From assembly GCA_963514005.1 (NCBI GenBank), contig OY740810.1, positions 496,001-560,000 on the forward strand: a DNA stretch of 64,000 nt, read 5' to 3'. Shown here one piece after another: positions 22,511 through 36,435 of the stretch; within the stretch, counting starts at the first letter, position 1; every line of letters begins with the position of its first letter. Source of the stretch: Raja brachyura. Taxonomy: Eukaryota. The notes under the pieces are model-generated. The model saw only the letters and a program-made list of their open reading frames with translations. It searched no databases and had not been told where the DNA came from. The translations under genes were made by a program, and so were the position numbers.

Positions 22511-23809
22511 AACACGTTAATATTCCAGGTTGAAGACCCTTTGTTGGATCTGCCCATAGATCCTCGTGTTGAGGGTGTCCTCTCTGTTGGTCACGTGAAT
22601 GAATGAATGAATAATTGTGTATCATTATACAGTGCTTCTGTTGGGCTTATTGGTTCTTGGCAGAGGGACTCATCCCGATATGACAGAGCAAACACATAAA
22701 GTGTAGAAAGTAATCTTCCAGCCAAAATACCTCCCATTGGTGATGAAGAAAGTGGACGTGAATGCGAAATATTGGCATATTTTCTTGAGTTTGATTCGAG
22801 TTTATTAATTGTTACTTTGTTCTCAACTTGTTTTCACTAATAGACTTAGATTTATCAGACTTAGCATAGATTTGTTATGATAGCTGATAAATCTCTAGAA
22901 ACATTACTCAAATCAAAAGTGTGCTTCAATATTGCTTTAATTGGCAACATTCCCTTCCTCAGGGGTTTGTATTCACAGAGCCAACATTGCTGTGAAATAT
23001 AGGTTAAAGTAGGTTTTCAACATTGCTGTTTGGGTAACTCTAATCCTTCACCTGCTCCCAACTTCAGCAGATTAAAATTCTCACAATGTGCTCCCCTTAT
23101 GCCTGGCTTCACCGTGACAGGGTTTGTCCCACTGTGGTCCATCAATGATTAGATGCTCTTTAATTTTTCATAATGCACCATCATCAAATATTCCCTCAGA
23201 TGCATTTCAAGCAATGATGATAGAGCACTCTACTTACTGAAAACCACGAACAATACTGATGTAATGGTGCATGAAGTTAAAATTGTTACATCTACTGCCC
23301 TGGCGACTGATTGTTTAACACAAGCAAAGGAATCCCAGGAATGTCAAATCAACTTCCATTCATGCATTGCCCAGGAATTCATATAAACTAAGTTTGTGTC
23401 TTTTACAAATATAAAATATTCACACTGGTCTCTCTCCCCTTAATGAGAATGCATGTTGTTAGTGAAGAGTAGTTTGAAATGTACACTGGCATCTCTAGTT
23501 GTCTTGTTCATGGATAGTCTGAAGTTTGTAGTTTTCCGGTTAAACATTGCCTATCTGTTCCCAGATAGCCTTATTTTGCACGGAGCCTGTTGTGTCGTTG
23601 TCCATGGACTGAATCCAGATAATTGTTGCTGTTTGCGGATCCAGCTGAGAAAACCTCTGTGTGTAATGGCCACTTCCTCCATTTGCTCTGAAGCTCAGAG
23701 TGTTTTTGTATCAGTGTGACATCTCAAGTGTGTGGGCTGGATGTCACGAATGTGACATAAAAGATTAGCAATTTTAACCTGATTTACAGGCACAAGGAGA
23801 CAGAGAGTG

Positions 23810-24095
23810 TCAGATTCCCACCCTTATCCCACCTATGGTTTTACCTCTAACCTTTCCTTATCTGACAATTTTTTGCCTCCTTATCACCTTTACAATTTAT
23901 CAGTGACTCCATCCACCTCCCGTTCACATCCCTCCCTCCTGTATCCACCTATCACTGCCCCCTACTCCAATCAGTCTGAAGAAGGGTCCCAATCGGGACA
24001 TCATTTGTTAATTCCCTCATTGATGGAGCCTGACCTGCTGATTTTCTCCAGCACTTTGTTTATGGCTCAAGAATCCAACATTTGCAGTTCCCTGT
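23810..24095 (+). mobile_element. Old Penelope-like pLTR fragment
   Basis: tcagtctgaagaagggtcccaatcgggacatc...cctgacctgctgattttctccagcac...catttgcagttcc. Confidence 0.55.
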
Positions 24096-25285
24096 TGGTC
24101 CGTAAAGTTCCTGAAATTGTAACTCAGGTTTATGGATTAGGTTGTAATTGGGTTTGTGTTATAGTATATTGGGTTCTGGGTTCTTATCTACCTATTTATT
24201 ACCCACAAGGAAAGTTCTGCTTATTACTTCCATAAATATAGTCATGCTCAATTGTTCACTCAATGAGTCAAATCGACTGTGAGATTAATTAAAATGAATG
24301 AGCCATACTTTCAATTAAATGCTCAAGGAAATGCATATTGTGGTCCTTGGTTGCTTCATTTATAGCTGTCATGAAGAGTGCTGTTCTTCAAGTCTGTCAT
24401 TCCAGAGGAGGTAGGGCAAGGGATAAGCAAATCTAGTGAAGTACTCGGAGCCAGAGTTATTCCACCTTCTGGATGGTGAATGATTAGCCTCAGCATCATT
24501 TCTCTGTCAGTGTTGGGCAATGTCCTCTCTCCCCATCCAATGTCCCCCCTCAGCACTTTCCACACCAAAATCACCAAAATCACCAAAATCACCAAACTCG
24601 CGGGTCTTTGTGTCAGCGCTCTTCTCTGCAACTGGATCTTCTACTTTTTGACCAACAGACCCCAATCAGTGAGGATAGGGGACAAATCATCCTCTAAGAT
24701 AATCCTCAATGTGGGCGCTCCACAAGGATGCGTTCTCAGCCCCTTCTTTACTCATTGTACACCCACGTCTGTGCAGCTGTGTGCAAATCCAATTTAATTT
24801 TCAAATTCGCATACGATACCACCATTATGGTCTGGATAGCAAATAATAATGAGACGTAGTATAGGAAAGAGATCGAGAACCTCTTGTCTTGATGTCAAGA
24901 CAATAACCTTTCTCTCAATGTCAGCAAGTTAAAGGAGATAATGATGGACTTCAGGAAGCAAAGTAGTACATATACCCCAGTTTACATTGACGGTATCGAA
25001 GTGGAGATGGTTGAAAACTTCTAATTCCCAGGAGTCAATATCACCAACACCTTCTCCTGTACCACCCATATTGAATCATCGTCTAAGAAAGTGCACCAAC
25101 ACCTCTACTTCCTTAGAAGGCTTAGGCATGTCCACTACAACATTCATGGACTTTTACAAATGCACCACAGAAAATATTTTATCAGGATGCATCACAGCTT
25201 GGTTTGGGAACAGCTGCATCCAAGATCGCGAGAAATTGCAGCAAATTGTAGACGCAGCCCAGACCATCGCACAACCTTCCATTGA

Positions 25286-26196
25286 AGGTAGACACAAAAT
25301 GCTGGAGTAATTCAGCGGGAAAGGCAGCATCTCTGGAGAGAAGGAATGGGTGACGTTTCGGGTCGAGACCCTTCTTCAGACTGATGTCAGGGGAGTGGGC
25401 GGGACAGACATAGAATGTAGTCGGAGACAGTAAGACTGGTGGGAGAACTGGGAAGGGGGAGGGGATAGAGAGAGAGGTGAGGCAAGGGCTATTTGAATTT
25501 AGAGAAGTCAATGTTCATACTGCTGAAGTGTGCTACCCAAGTGAAATATGAGGTGATGTTCCTCCAATTTGCGCTGGGCCTCACTCTGACAATGAAGAAA
25601 GGTCAGAATGGGAATGGGAAGGGAGTTAAAGTGCTGAGCAACCGGGCGATCAGGTAGGTTAAGGCGGATTGAGCGGAGGTGTTCTGCGACATGATCACCG
25701 AACCAGCGCCTGGTTTCGCTGATGTATAGAAGTTGAAATCTGAAACAGTCATACAGTAGATGAGGTTGGAAGAGGTGCTCGTGAACCTCTGCCTCACCTG
25801 AAAAGACTGTCGAGGTCCTTGGATGGAGTCGAGCAGGGAGGTAAAGGGACAGGTGTTGCATCTCCTGCGGTTGCAGGGGAATGTTCCTGGGGAGGGGGTG
25901 GTTTGGGTGGGAAGAGACAAGTTGACCAGGGAGTTGCGAAGGGAATGGTCTCTGCGGAAAGCGGAAAGGGGTGGAGATGAGAAGATGTGGCCCATAGTGG
26001 GAACCTGTTGGAGGTGGTGAAAATGTTGCAGGATTATATGCTGCATGTGACGGCTGATGGGGTGGAAGCTGAGGACAAGGGGAACTCTGCCCTTGTTGCG
26101 AATGGGGGAGGGGGAGCAAGAGTGGAGTTGCGGGATATCGAGGAGACCCTAGTGAGAGCCTCATCTATAATGGAAGAGGGGAACCCCTGTTTCCTC
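25286..26196 (-). mobile_element. Penelope-like element 3' part (GIY-YIG endonuclease remnant + pLTR)
   Basis: FRRDHSLRNSLV..GTFPCNRRRCNTCP..FTSTSSNLIYC / LLYISET..EHLRSIR..VAQHFN; 12-bp TSD accttccattga at 25274-25285 and 26197-26208. Confidence 0.9.
25348..25384 (-). ncRNA. Minimal type-I hammerhead ribozyme motif in the Penelope pLTR
   Basis: Minus strand CUGAAGA-A-GGGUC UC GACCC-GAAAC-GUC: core boxes, stem II and palindromic ACGU stem III; stem I only about 2 bp in this copy; activity untested. Confidence 0.6.
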
Positions 26197-27532
26197 ACCT
26201 TCCATTGACTCCATTTATACCTCACGCTGCCTCGGCAGGGCCAGCAGCATAATCAAGGACGGGTCGCACCCCGGTCACTCCCTCTTCTCCCTTCTCACAT
26301 CGGGTAAAAAGTACAGAAGTGTGAAAATGCACACCTCCAGATTCAGGGACATTTTCATCCCAGCAGTTAGCAGGCAACTGAATTATCCTACCACAACCAG
26401 AGAGCAGCGCTGAACTGCTATCTACCTCTTTGGTGACCCTCGGACTATCCTTGATTGGACTTTGCTGGCTTTACCTTGCATTAAACGTTATCCCCTTAAC
26501 ATGTATCTGTACACTGTAAATGACCATATTGTAATCATGTAAAGTCTCTCCACTGACTGGATAGCATGCAACAAAAGCTTTTAACTGAACCTCGGTACAC
26601 GTGGCAATAAACAATATTGATCTGGTCAACAAATCTTCAACATCCAACAGGGGGAATGATTGATGCTGTGGTGACCAATGGAAGACCATGTGCTCGAGCC
26701 CTTCCTAATCAATCCATGCACTGACCGGCATTGAGGGACTTGGGAAAAGTTTGCATGAGTTATGGAACTGGTGCATCTATTGTGATAGAGAAAATCTTTT
26801 GAAATTCACTGAGAGTTTGTGAGTGGTGAAGCTTTCGCCTGGACTGCCATTCACTGTTGTTAACAGCTGCACAATTCACTGAGAATGGAGAATCAATAGT
26901 TTATTAACTCGCATTTGGTAAATGATGATTCTGCAAATAATGGGAGGTGAGATGCTAATATGATTTTTTAATGCTAGTGAAGCAAGCAGCAAATAGATAT
27001 TTGAAAGCTGTTTTTAAATTGTGAGACCAGTTAAAGTGTGCCTCAGTCATCTTAGCCTCCTAATTGCTGCATGATTTCCACATTCAGAATAGTCACCAAC
27101 ACATGTTACTCACTGGCTTCCATTCATCTCCCTGCTCTGATCCACTAAGTAACTGTTATGAAGGATGACTAGGTGACCTATACTGGCAATGAGACAATGG
27201 ATCTCATGTTGGCCACTGCATTATTGACATGAGTTGTCTTCAGGATTGAAGGAATAATAATCATGTTGAGCTTTAATCATGTGCTCGAAACTTTGCCAGA
27301 CGGAGGGCTCCCTAATCTTTTCTCTTATTTTCCTACATTGACTTGACCAAATGTATTAGGCTTTTCTGGAGGCCCTGTTAACAATTGATTAATAATTAAT
27401 CTTCCATCTTTTATACTAATGTTAGGAACACTGATCTATACTATACTTAGAGGGTGATAGAGCACCGAAACAGACCCTTCAGCCCATCATGACCATGACA
27501 GTGTCTTACCTCTTCCTCCATTTTGGATAAAT

Positions 27533-28110
27533 CAAGTTCAAGTTCACATTTATTGTCACATGCACCAATTAAGGTACAGTAATAATTGAGTTACCATACA
27601 GCCATACTAAGTGAATAGCAACAAAACACACAGCCACATACAATAAAACTTAACATAAGCATCCGCCACAGTGGAATCAACATTCCTCACTGTGATGGAA
27701 GGCAATAAAGTTCAGTCATCTTCCTCCTTTGTTCACCCGTGGTCGGGGCTGAACCCTCCGCAGTCGCAGCTGCCGATGGTCTGCTGTTCAAGCCCTCTCG
27801 TCGGGATGATCGAAACTCCGGCGTCGGGATGGATCGGAAAACTCCGCAGCATGGAGCTCCCGAGTCGGCCTCTTCTTACCGGAGACTTCTCGGTGTTAAA
27901 GTCCACAGGCCCCGCGGTCTGAGCTCTTCCACTGGCGACCCTCGGCAAAGGATCGCCCGCTCCGAGATGTTAAAATCTGCACCACGCCCGCGGCTTGAAG
28001 CTCCGGGCCGGACTTCAGGAAAGTCCACACCACTTCACGTTGTTAGCCCGCAGGGGGGATGGCGTTACGACATGGAGAAAAATTGCATCTCCATCAAAGT
28101 AAGTGACTGA
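27533..28110 (-). mobile_element. GC-rich non-coding retroposon related to 10771-11480
   Basis: Tail (minus) gtgacaataaatgtgaacttgaacttg; shared block ttgccttccatcacagtgagg...cactgtggcggatg. Confidence 0.6.
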
Positions 28111-29440
28111 CAAAGGTTTCCCCCAATTAGGATTATCTTTATCATTTTGCAATCTATACAGAGCATTGTTTAGACATTTTGTGTCAGCACAGTTGTGTGG
28201 CTGTTGGAGTTTGCAGGTAATCCAGGTAATCCACTGCACTGCACTCTACTGCAGGCAATCCAGTTTCTCCCTGATATGCAGGGACATGCAGGTTGGTAGA
28301 ATAATTGGCCAGAGTTTAGATTTGTGGTAAAATCTAGATGTTGATGGGGATGTGGGGAGAATAAAATAGCATTAGTGTAGGCGTGGATTTGCAGAGCCTG
28401 TTTGCATGCAGTATGACTCTTTGACACAAGGAACCTACAAGGATGATCTAGCCAATGCATCAGTTCTCTCTGCAGCTACAACCGCTGCATCAAAGGCAGT
28501 AGGGCCTCTCTCTCCACTGTGGGGCACTGTGACTATATGTGGTGGGACTTACAAACATGCACTATTTGTCAAGGTATCTGACACTGTTTCCATCACCTTC
28601 ATCGCCCAGCAGGCACTTGGCCGCTCCATTCTCTCCCCATTCCCCAAGTCACAAACTATCTGGACTTTAACTGTTGCTGGAACGTTTTATGTAACAGCAC
28701 AGTGGGTCTGTATAAAACACAGATGCTATTGTCCATAAGGTAGATCCTCACCATCTGCTCAAGGGCATCTGTGGACTGTAGTCCATGCTGGCTCTGCTCA
28801 TTCTCTGAATGAATTAAAACAACAATAATAAGGGATTCTTGAATGTACAGGAGAGGTGCAGAGAAAGGCAACAGCATTGATCCTGGCTATAAAAGGTGCA
28901 GATTTTAAAGAGATGGGACTATCACCCTTATTCACTCTCAACATTCTGGAAATAGCTAGTAATTTAAACTGTCAACAAAGGTATTTTATTCATGAAACAA
29001 TGCCAACTGGTTACTTTCTTTCTGAGAGTTGCCTCTTGGAAACTTTAAGTTTAGGTTTATTAATATCACATCGATCGAGGTATAGTGAAAAGCTTTGTTT
29101 TGCATGCTATGGAGAAGAAGCTGTCACTGTCTGATGGTGCACGATTCAAGCTTCTGTACCTATTACTGGAAGAGTTATCCATATGAAGCATACCTTAGGC
29201 GACAGCTTACAAGCAAAGTTGTTGTTCAACATTACACCTGATGCATAACTACATCCCTTCGTCAATAATGAAAACCAAAAGGATAAAAACATCCATATAT
29301 TTGTCCAGGTCCATATACCTTACTTTGGCTCTGTTCTCGTAATGCCAGAGTTAAAGGACTATCCTTATCCATCACAGCTACATCATCCCTATAATTGCAA
29401 GAAGCGAAGATACTCAAATATGGATCTGTCTGATGATTTA

Positions 29441-32400
29441 ACATAGAAACATAGAAATTTGGTGCAGGAATAGGCCATTCGGCCCTTCGAACCTGCACCG
29501 CCATTCAATATGATCATGGCTGATCATCCAACTCAGTATCCCGTACCTGCCTTCTCTCCATACCCTCTGATCCCCTGAGCCACAAGGGCCACATCTAACT
29601 CCCTCTTAAATATAGCCAATGAACTGGCCTCAACTACCCTCTGTGGCAGAGAGTTCCAGAGACCCACCACTCTCTGAGTGGAAAAGGTCCTTCTCATCTC
29701 GGTCCTAAAGGATTTCCCCCTTATCCTTAAGCTGTGACCCCTTGTCCTGGACCTCCCCAACATCGGGAACAATCTTCCTGCATCTAGCCTGTCCAACCCC
29801 TTAAGAATTTTGTACGTTTCTATAAGATCCCCTCTCAATCTCCTAAATTCTAGAGAGTATAAACCGAGTCTATGCAGTCTTCGTTCATAAGACAGTCCCG
29901 ACATCCCAGGAATCAGTCTGGTGAACCTTCTCTGCACTTCCTCTATGGCAATAATGTCCTTCCTCAGATTTGGAGACCAGAACTGTACGCAATACTCCAG
30001 GTGTGGTCTCACCAAGACCCTATACAACTGAAGTAGAACCTCCCTGCTCCTATACTCAAGTCCTTTTGCTATGAAAGCTAACATACCATTCGCTTTCTTC
30101 ACTGCCTGCTGTGCCTGCATGCCTACTTTCAATGACTGGTGTACTATGACACCCAGGTCGCGCTGCATCTCCCCTTTTCCTAATCGGCCACCATTTAGAT
30201 AATAGTCTGCTTTCCTATTTTTGCCACCAAAGTGGATAACCTCACATTTATCCACATTATACTGCATCTGCCAAACATTTGCCCACTCACCCAGCCTATT
30301 CAAGTCACCTTGCAGTCTCCTAGCATCCTCCTCACAGCTAACACTGCCCCCCAGCTTAGTGTCATCCACAAACTTGGAGATATTGCCTTCAATTCCCTCA
30401 TCCAGATCATTTATGTATATTGTAAATAGCTGGGGTCCCAGCACTGAGCCTTGCGGTACCCCACTAGTCACTGCCTGCCATTGTGAAAACGACCCATTTA
30501 CTCCTACTCTTTGCTTCCTGTTTGCCAGCCAGTTCTCTATCCACATCAATACTGAACCCCCAATGCCGTATGCTTTAAGTTTATATACTAATCTCTTATG
30601 TGGGACCTTGTCGAAAGCCTTCTGGAAGTCCAGATACACCACATCCACTGGTTCTCCCCTATCCACGCTACTAGTTACATCCTCGAAAAATTCCACAAGA
30701 TTCGTCAGACATGATTTACTTTTCGTAAATCCATGCTGACTTTGTCCAATGATTTCACCACTTTCCAAATATGATGCTATCCCATCTTTAATAACTGACT
30801 AGCAGTTTCCCCACTACCAATGTTAGACTAACTGGTCTGTAATTCCCCGTTTTCTCTCTCCCCCCCTTCTTAAAAAGAGGGGTTACGTTTGCTACCCACC
30901 AATCCTCAGGAACTACTCGAGAATCTAAAGAGTTTTGAAAGATTATCACTAATGAATCCACTATTTCCGGAGCTACTTCCTTAAGTACTCTGGGATGCAG
31001 CCTATCTGGCCCTGGGGATTTATCGGCCTTTAATCCATTCAATTTACCCAACACCACTTCCCGACTAACCTGGATTTCACTCAAGTCCTCCTTTGACCCA
31101 CGGTCCCCTGCTATTTCCGGAAGATTATTTATGTCTTCCTTAGTGAAGACGGAACCAAAGTAGTTATTTAATTGGTCCGCCATATCCTTGTTCCCCATGA
31201 TCAACTCACCTGTTTCTGACTGCAAGGGCTACATTTGTTTTAACTAATCTCTTTCTTTTCACATATCTATAAAAACTTTTGCAGTCAGTTTTTATGTTCC
31301 CTGCCAGTTTTCTTTCATAATCTATTTTTCCTTTCCTAATCAAGCCCTTTGTCCTTCTCTGCTGGTCTCTGAATTTCTCCCAGTCCTCTGGTATGCTGCT
31401 TTTTCTGGCTACTTTGTACGCATCATCCTTTGCTTTGATACTATCCCGGATTTCCCTTGTTATCCACGGATGCACTACCTTCCCTGATTTATTATTTTGC
31501 CAAACTGGGATGAACAATTTTTGTAGTTCATCCATGCAGTCTTTAAATGTCTTCCATTGCGTCTCCATCGTCAACCCTTTTAGAATTGATTGCCAGTCAA
31601 CCTTGGCCAATTCACGTCTCATACCCTCAAAGTTACCTTTCTTTAAGTTCAGATCCATTGTTTTTGAATTAACAATGTCACTCTCCATCCTAATGAAGAA
31701 CTCGACCATATTATGGTCACTCTTGCCCAAGGGGGCATGCACAATAAGACTGCTTACTAACCCTTCCTCATTACTCAATACCCAGTCTAAAATAGCCTGC
31801 TCTCTCGTTGGTTCCTCTACATGTTGATTTAGATAACTATCCCGCATACTTTCCAAAAAATCCTCTTCCTCAGTGCCCCTGCCAATTTGATTCACCCAAT
31901 CTATATGTAGATTGAAGTCACCCATTATAACTGTTTTACCTTTGTCGCAAGCATTTCTAATTTCCTGTTTGATACCATCCCCAACTTCATTACTACTGTT
32001 AGGTGGCCTGTACACAACTCCCACTAGCGTTTTCTGCCCCTTAGTGTTTCGCAGCTCTAGCCATACCGATTCCACATGCTCCAAGCTAATGTCCTTCCTT
32101 TCCATTGCGTTAATCTCCTCTCTAACCAGCAACGCTACCCCACCTCCTTTTCCTATCTCTCTATCCCTCCTGAATATTGAATATCCCTGGATGTTCAGCT
32201 CCCAGCCTTGGTCACCCTGGAGCCATGTCTCCGTGATCCCAACTATATCATAATCATTAATAGCTATCTGCACGTTCAACTCCTCCACCTTATTACAAAT
32301 ACTCCTAGCATTGAGACACAAAGCCTTCAGGCTTGTTTTTACAACGCTCTTACCCCTCATACAATTTTGTTGAGAAGTGGCCCTTTTTGATTTTTGCTCT

Positions 32401-32503
32401 GGTTTTGTCTGCCTGCCACTTTTACTTTTCACCTTGCTCCCTATTGCTTCTACCCTCATTTTACACCCACCTGCCTCTCTGCTCTTGTACCCATCCCCCT
32501 GCG
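29441..32503 (-). mobile_element. CR1 LINE with essentially complete ORF2 (two frameshifts)
   Basis: ORFs 31206-32459 (APE: ETWL, GDFN, SDH), 30788-31225, 29533-30768 (RT: YLDFQKAFD, GVPQG, FVDD); (TTTCTATG)n tail at 29441-29458. Confidence 0.95.
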
Positions 32504-33444
32504 AATGAAGAGTTCCTTACCTCTCAATGTCTCTGTTGAAGATGAGGATATGTCCGATGGTCAAACTGCCAATCCTTTGAGAATCTCACAAATGTGTTTG
32601 CTGCCTTTTGAGGCAGATTATCTTTCACCAGCTGCTCAAGAATTCTATACCTGGCAATCTGTCCTTTGAATTTGAAATTGATTGGTCACCTTGATAGCAG
32701 TGCATTTCTCATATGGAAGTATGGTCTATTACGAGCCACAGTCTCAGCCTGTATCTCTGCTGTCTGGGTCAGTCCCTTCACACACTCCATCCTCTTATCC
32801 TGTCTGGCAGCCTCTTGCATCAATAGCTGAGAGACCAGTATATGATTTCCTATGTTCACTCTCTCCACCTCTATACTCTCATTTTCTCATCTCCGCCTAC
32901 ATGGGTTTGTTTCGTCATTGTTTGACACAAATATTCTCTGCGTCTGCTGGGTGTTCTGTGGAGGTGCTCATGCAGCAATTAACTCAGGTGCCTCATGTTC
33001 ATGGTGTACAGTTGTCTTGTCCCTATATGCCCTTTGCAACTTCTCCAATCCAAAGGTTACGGTGCTTCCTCAACATGGCTTCATTTCTGCCAAAGTTCTA
33101 CTTGGGTAAACTAGAGATTGAGGCTGCATCTGAATATCCTTTTGTTTGCATGCTCACTAAAGAGGCAGCCTGGGATATTTCTGTTGTATTGAAGTTGCTG
33201 CATAAATGGATGTTGGTTTTGTGCCTGGGTTTTTGCTTGTTCTACCTAGGTTAAGAGATTATATGACTGGAGTTGGGACAGGATCATTATAATTGTGGGG
33301 AAGTCTGTCATGGTACACATATCCAACATGATATATGGATGGTATATCCAACATAAGTCTAAATTTGATGGACAAGTTGATTCTTCATCGCCTGTTATCT
33401 TTGTAACTCAGCAAGGACTCCAGTTAACTGGACATCTCCTGAAA

Positions 33445-33535
33445 GGACACAGAGTGCTGGAGTAACTCAGCAGGTCAGGCAGCATTTCTGGAGAATATGA
33501 ATAGGTGATGTTTCGGGTAGAGACGCTTCTTCACA
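33445..33535 (-). mobile_element. Penelope-like pLTR end fragment
   Basis: gacacagagtgctggagtaactcagcaggtcaggcagcatttctggag...ggtgatgtttcgggtagagacgcttcttca. Confidence 0.7.
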
Positions 33536-34589
33536 TCTCCTGAAGCTGGATTATGAAAGTTACCATTGCAATTGGAATCCATCCTCCAAATATGTGTGAT
33601 GATTGATGGAACTAGGCCATAATTTTCTTCAACAGGGCAAGGTTTGTCCTTGGAGAATTCTTAAATCACCAGTGTAAGGCAATGTTTTTTTGGGTCTCTC
33701 TGAAACATCCAACTCAGAGGCTGCAGAAAAATATTTGTAACAGAGGAACAAGTTTACATGTGAGTCATTTATGAGTCAAAGCTACTTGACCTACAAAATA
33801 GAAGTTTCATTCTGGAATCTACATCTCTCAGAAGCACAAGAATCCCTTGAGTCTGCAACCAGAAGTTGATTTCTTTCATACATTTAATTTCCCAAGCCGA
33901 CTTGAAGAATATGAATTGATGGACTTCTCCAGCATTAACCAACATAGGGACCTTTGAAAGCATTCTCAGTGTATGATGAGTTTCTAAATTCTCCTCTGGA
34001 GTATAAAGTTAGTGAATGCAATAATGCAAAGTCCCAAATGTGGACATTTATAATGGGCACTTTATTGGTGATTTGAATAAGTACAATGGGAACTGCAAGT
34101 TTTATGTTTTCCATTAGTTTCCTTTCCCCTGTGGAAGATTTTATGGTTGATTTCTTGGCACTGTGGGCCTCTATTTATCAGCAATTTCCACCGTGAATTG
34201 CAACTGTAACATTATAGCGTGCCAGTGGACATTTACACTTAGTCACACACATTGCTAAGGCAACCCGAATGTAAACAGAGATGATGTCAATATTCAAGCA
34301 ACACTTTGGATGCCTGCCCTGTCTAATTAGGATGTGGGGACATGCCTGTGGGATGTCAGGTGTGAAGCATGAGCCCCACACCTGTCCTGTTTCTAGAGCT
34401 CCCTGTCACCTGTCCCGTTTCATTAGAGCTAAGTAGTTGGGGATTGAGTTGTAGCAAAGCTTGTTGTGTTCTCCTGGCAGAAGAGTGGAGCTGAATGGAT
34501 GCTGATGATCGTGCTGCAGCCAAAGTAGAACATGGTGGCACCATGGAGCTCCATCCAAATGGGGCGAGCAGAAGGAGCAAGACTAAATG

Positions 34590-35045
34590 ATGGAATGGAA
34601 TACTTTATTGTTACGTGACTAGGCACAGTGAGCTTCTTTGCTGCATACCCAACGTATACAAATAGCAGCCACCTACAGCACTGACAAAGTTACAAAGCAT
34701 GCCGGCTCCTCCTTTTGATCCCCCCCCCCACAGCGGCCCCCCACGCCGGGTCCCCATTGTCCTTTGTTCTCCCACCCTCCCCAATTGTCCATTGTTGTTC
34801 CCCCCACAACGGCCCCCCCCCACGCCGAGTCCTCCATCGTTCTACGCCTCCCGCCTCACGGTGGTCCTCCACGCTCTCATCGACCGTGGGTCGACCCGCG
34901 CAGCTTCACCGCCGTCACGAGGCTTCACCGCATCCGAGGCCCCACTTCACGCCTCTGTGGTGCCGATCTGGGCCTCAGCTGCGGGCTCCGGCGGCTGCTC
35001 TACTAACCCGGATTCGGATAAAGGCCTCCAGTCCACAACCACGGC
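34590..35045 (-). mobile_element. GC-rich non-coding retroposon fragment with a Rex1/L2-type tail
   Basis: Minus-strand end cacgtaacaataaagtattccattccatc; CpG-rich body contrasts with AT-rich flanks. Confidence 0.5.
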
Positions 35046-35629
35046 TCAAATTATGAGTGTCCTTGTGAAAGGAGATGAGCATTGGGAGCAGGGTGGAGGG
35101 GTTAGGCCCAGGAGCTTCTAATGGCAAGAAACCTCTGAGGACCACTGCTCCCATCTCCACTGGCTGAAGAAGCTATGTAAATGTGGACAAATATTGTCAG
35201 AGATGCCATTGTGTTTGCAATTTACTTTAAAACCAAGATAATATCTGCCTTTAAAAACCAAACTTTCCACTGAATCTCATTAGAATTAATGTTAGAGAGT
35301 TTGCACAGTCTTTAATGAATCAACATTCAATCCATGATCAATGCCTCAAATGCAGACTAGCTGGTCAATTATGCATACGCTGCTTTTAGTACTGAAATTA
35401 ACTCTCATGAGAAAACTGCATCTTCCAGTTATAACGACACAGAAGGACACGGTTTGGTCCATGCTGGCTACTAGGAGAGTAATTCCATTTGTATAATTTA
35501 CCATCTTGCAGCATCTCCACCCAAAACATCAATAATTAATTTCCCTCCATGGATGCCCAGAATATTTGCTGTCTTTGATTATCAACTGCACTTTGATTCT
35601 CTTTGACATTGACCCATTTCAATAACATG

Positions 35630-35783
35630 TCTTTAGGATGTGGAGGAAAATGGAGCACCCAGAGGAGAGACACATGTTTACAAAGAATGTGTAAGCTCTG
35701 CACCAGCAGTGCCAGAGGTCCAGATCAAACCCAGGTCTGTGGAGCTTTATTGTAGCAGTACTAACTGCTGCATCGCTGTGCCA
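35630..35783 (-). mobile_element. Degenerate SINE fragment
   Basis: catgtctttaggatgtggaggaaaatggagcaccc...gatcaaacccaggtct...ctgtgcc resembles 47375-47532. Confidence 0.65.
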
Positions 35784-35874
35784 CTAAGAATTATAATAGC
35801 CGAGTATAACAATAATTGCAGAGGTTATTGTTAGTGGTGAACATATGGGAATATGACTAGGTGCTTTGTCAATG

Positions 35875-36435
35875 GATACTTAACTTTATACTTTATTGTC
35901 ATTGTAGTGGTGCATACAACAACGTTCAGGAGCACAGCCTGAGCACAGCTCAAATGTACAAGATAAAAAATAACAATCAAATAACAGCATAAAAGTGAGA
36001 ACAATAACAATTGTTCATACACTCACGTGCACACACTGTCACACACACACACACAGATTCACACACGCATACACATCACGCCTACGTATGCACCCTTACC
36101 AGAACATAAGATATTGCACTCAGAAGGTCATTGACACAATATTAGATATTGCACAGAATAGTATTATAAAAATAAATATTATAAATGAATATATCAGTAT
36201 TGCACAAAGGTAGGTATTGTACAGCATAGATATTGACTATGGGGGTTGTGCTTTCAGTGCAATGTTCAGTGTGGTGATGGCCTGAGGGTAGAAACTGTTT
36301 GTTAGTCTTGTGGTGAGAGCTTTGAAGGATCTGTAGCGCTTTCCTGAGGGCAGAAGGTCAAACAAGTGATGGGCTGAAGGGGTGAGATGGGTCCTTCAGG
36401 ATACAGGATGCCTTCCGCAGGCAACGGGAGCTATA
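35875..36435 (-). mobile_element. Rex1/Babar-like LINE 3' end with a CA-rich tract
   Basis: Minus strand SRCLRKASCILKDPSHP..HLFDLLPSGKRYRSFKALTTRLTNSFYPQAI; tail acaatgacaataaagtataaag. Confidence 0.85.

Larger units (their letters stand above)
24550..26612 (+). mobile_element. Rex1/Babar-like LINE, 5'-truncated and degenerate, interrupted by a Penelope-like insertion
   Basis: [29 protein letters not shown] and ENILSGCITAWFGN are homologous to ORF 50767-52440; resumes at 26197; ends gtggcaataaac. Confidence 0.85.

Noticed and set aside
24562-24597. caccaaaat x4 micro-array (also the 18-bp duplication at 61381-61416)
   Set aside because: Ordinary local slippage duplications with no sign of function.
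32682-33254. 190-aa ORF in non-repeat-looking DNA
   Set aside because: Non-ATG start, no recognisable motifs or clear splice context; likely chance or an ancient decayed repeat.
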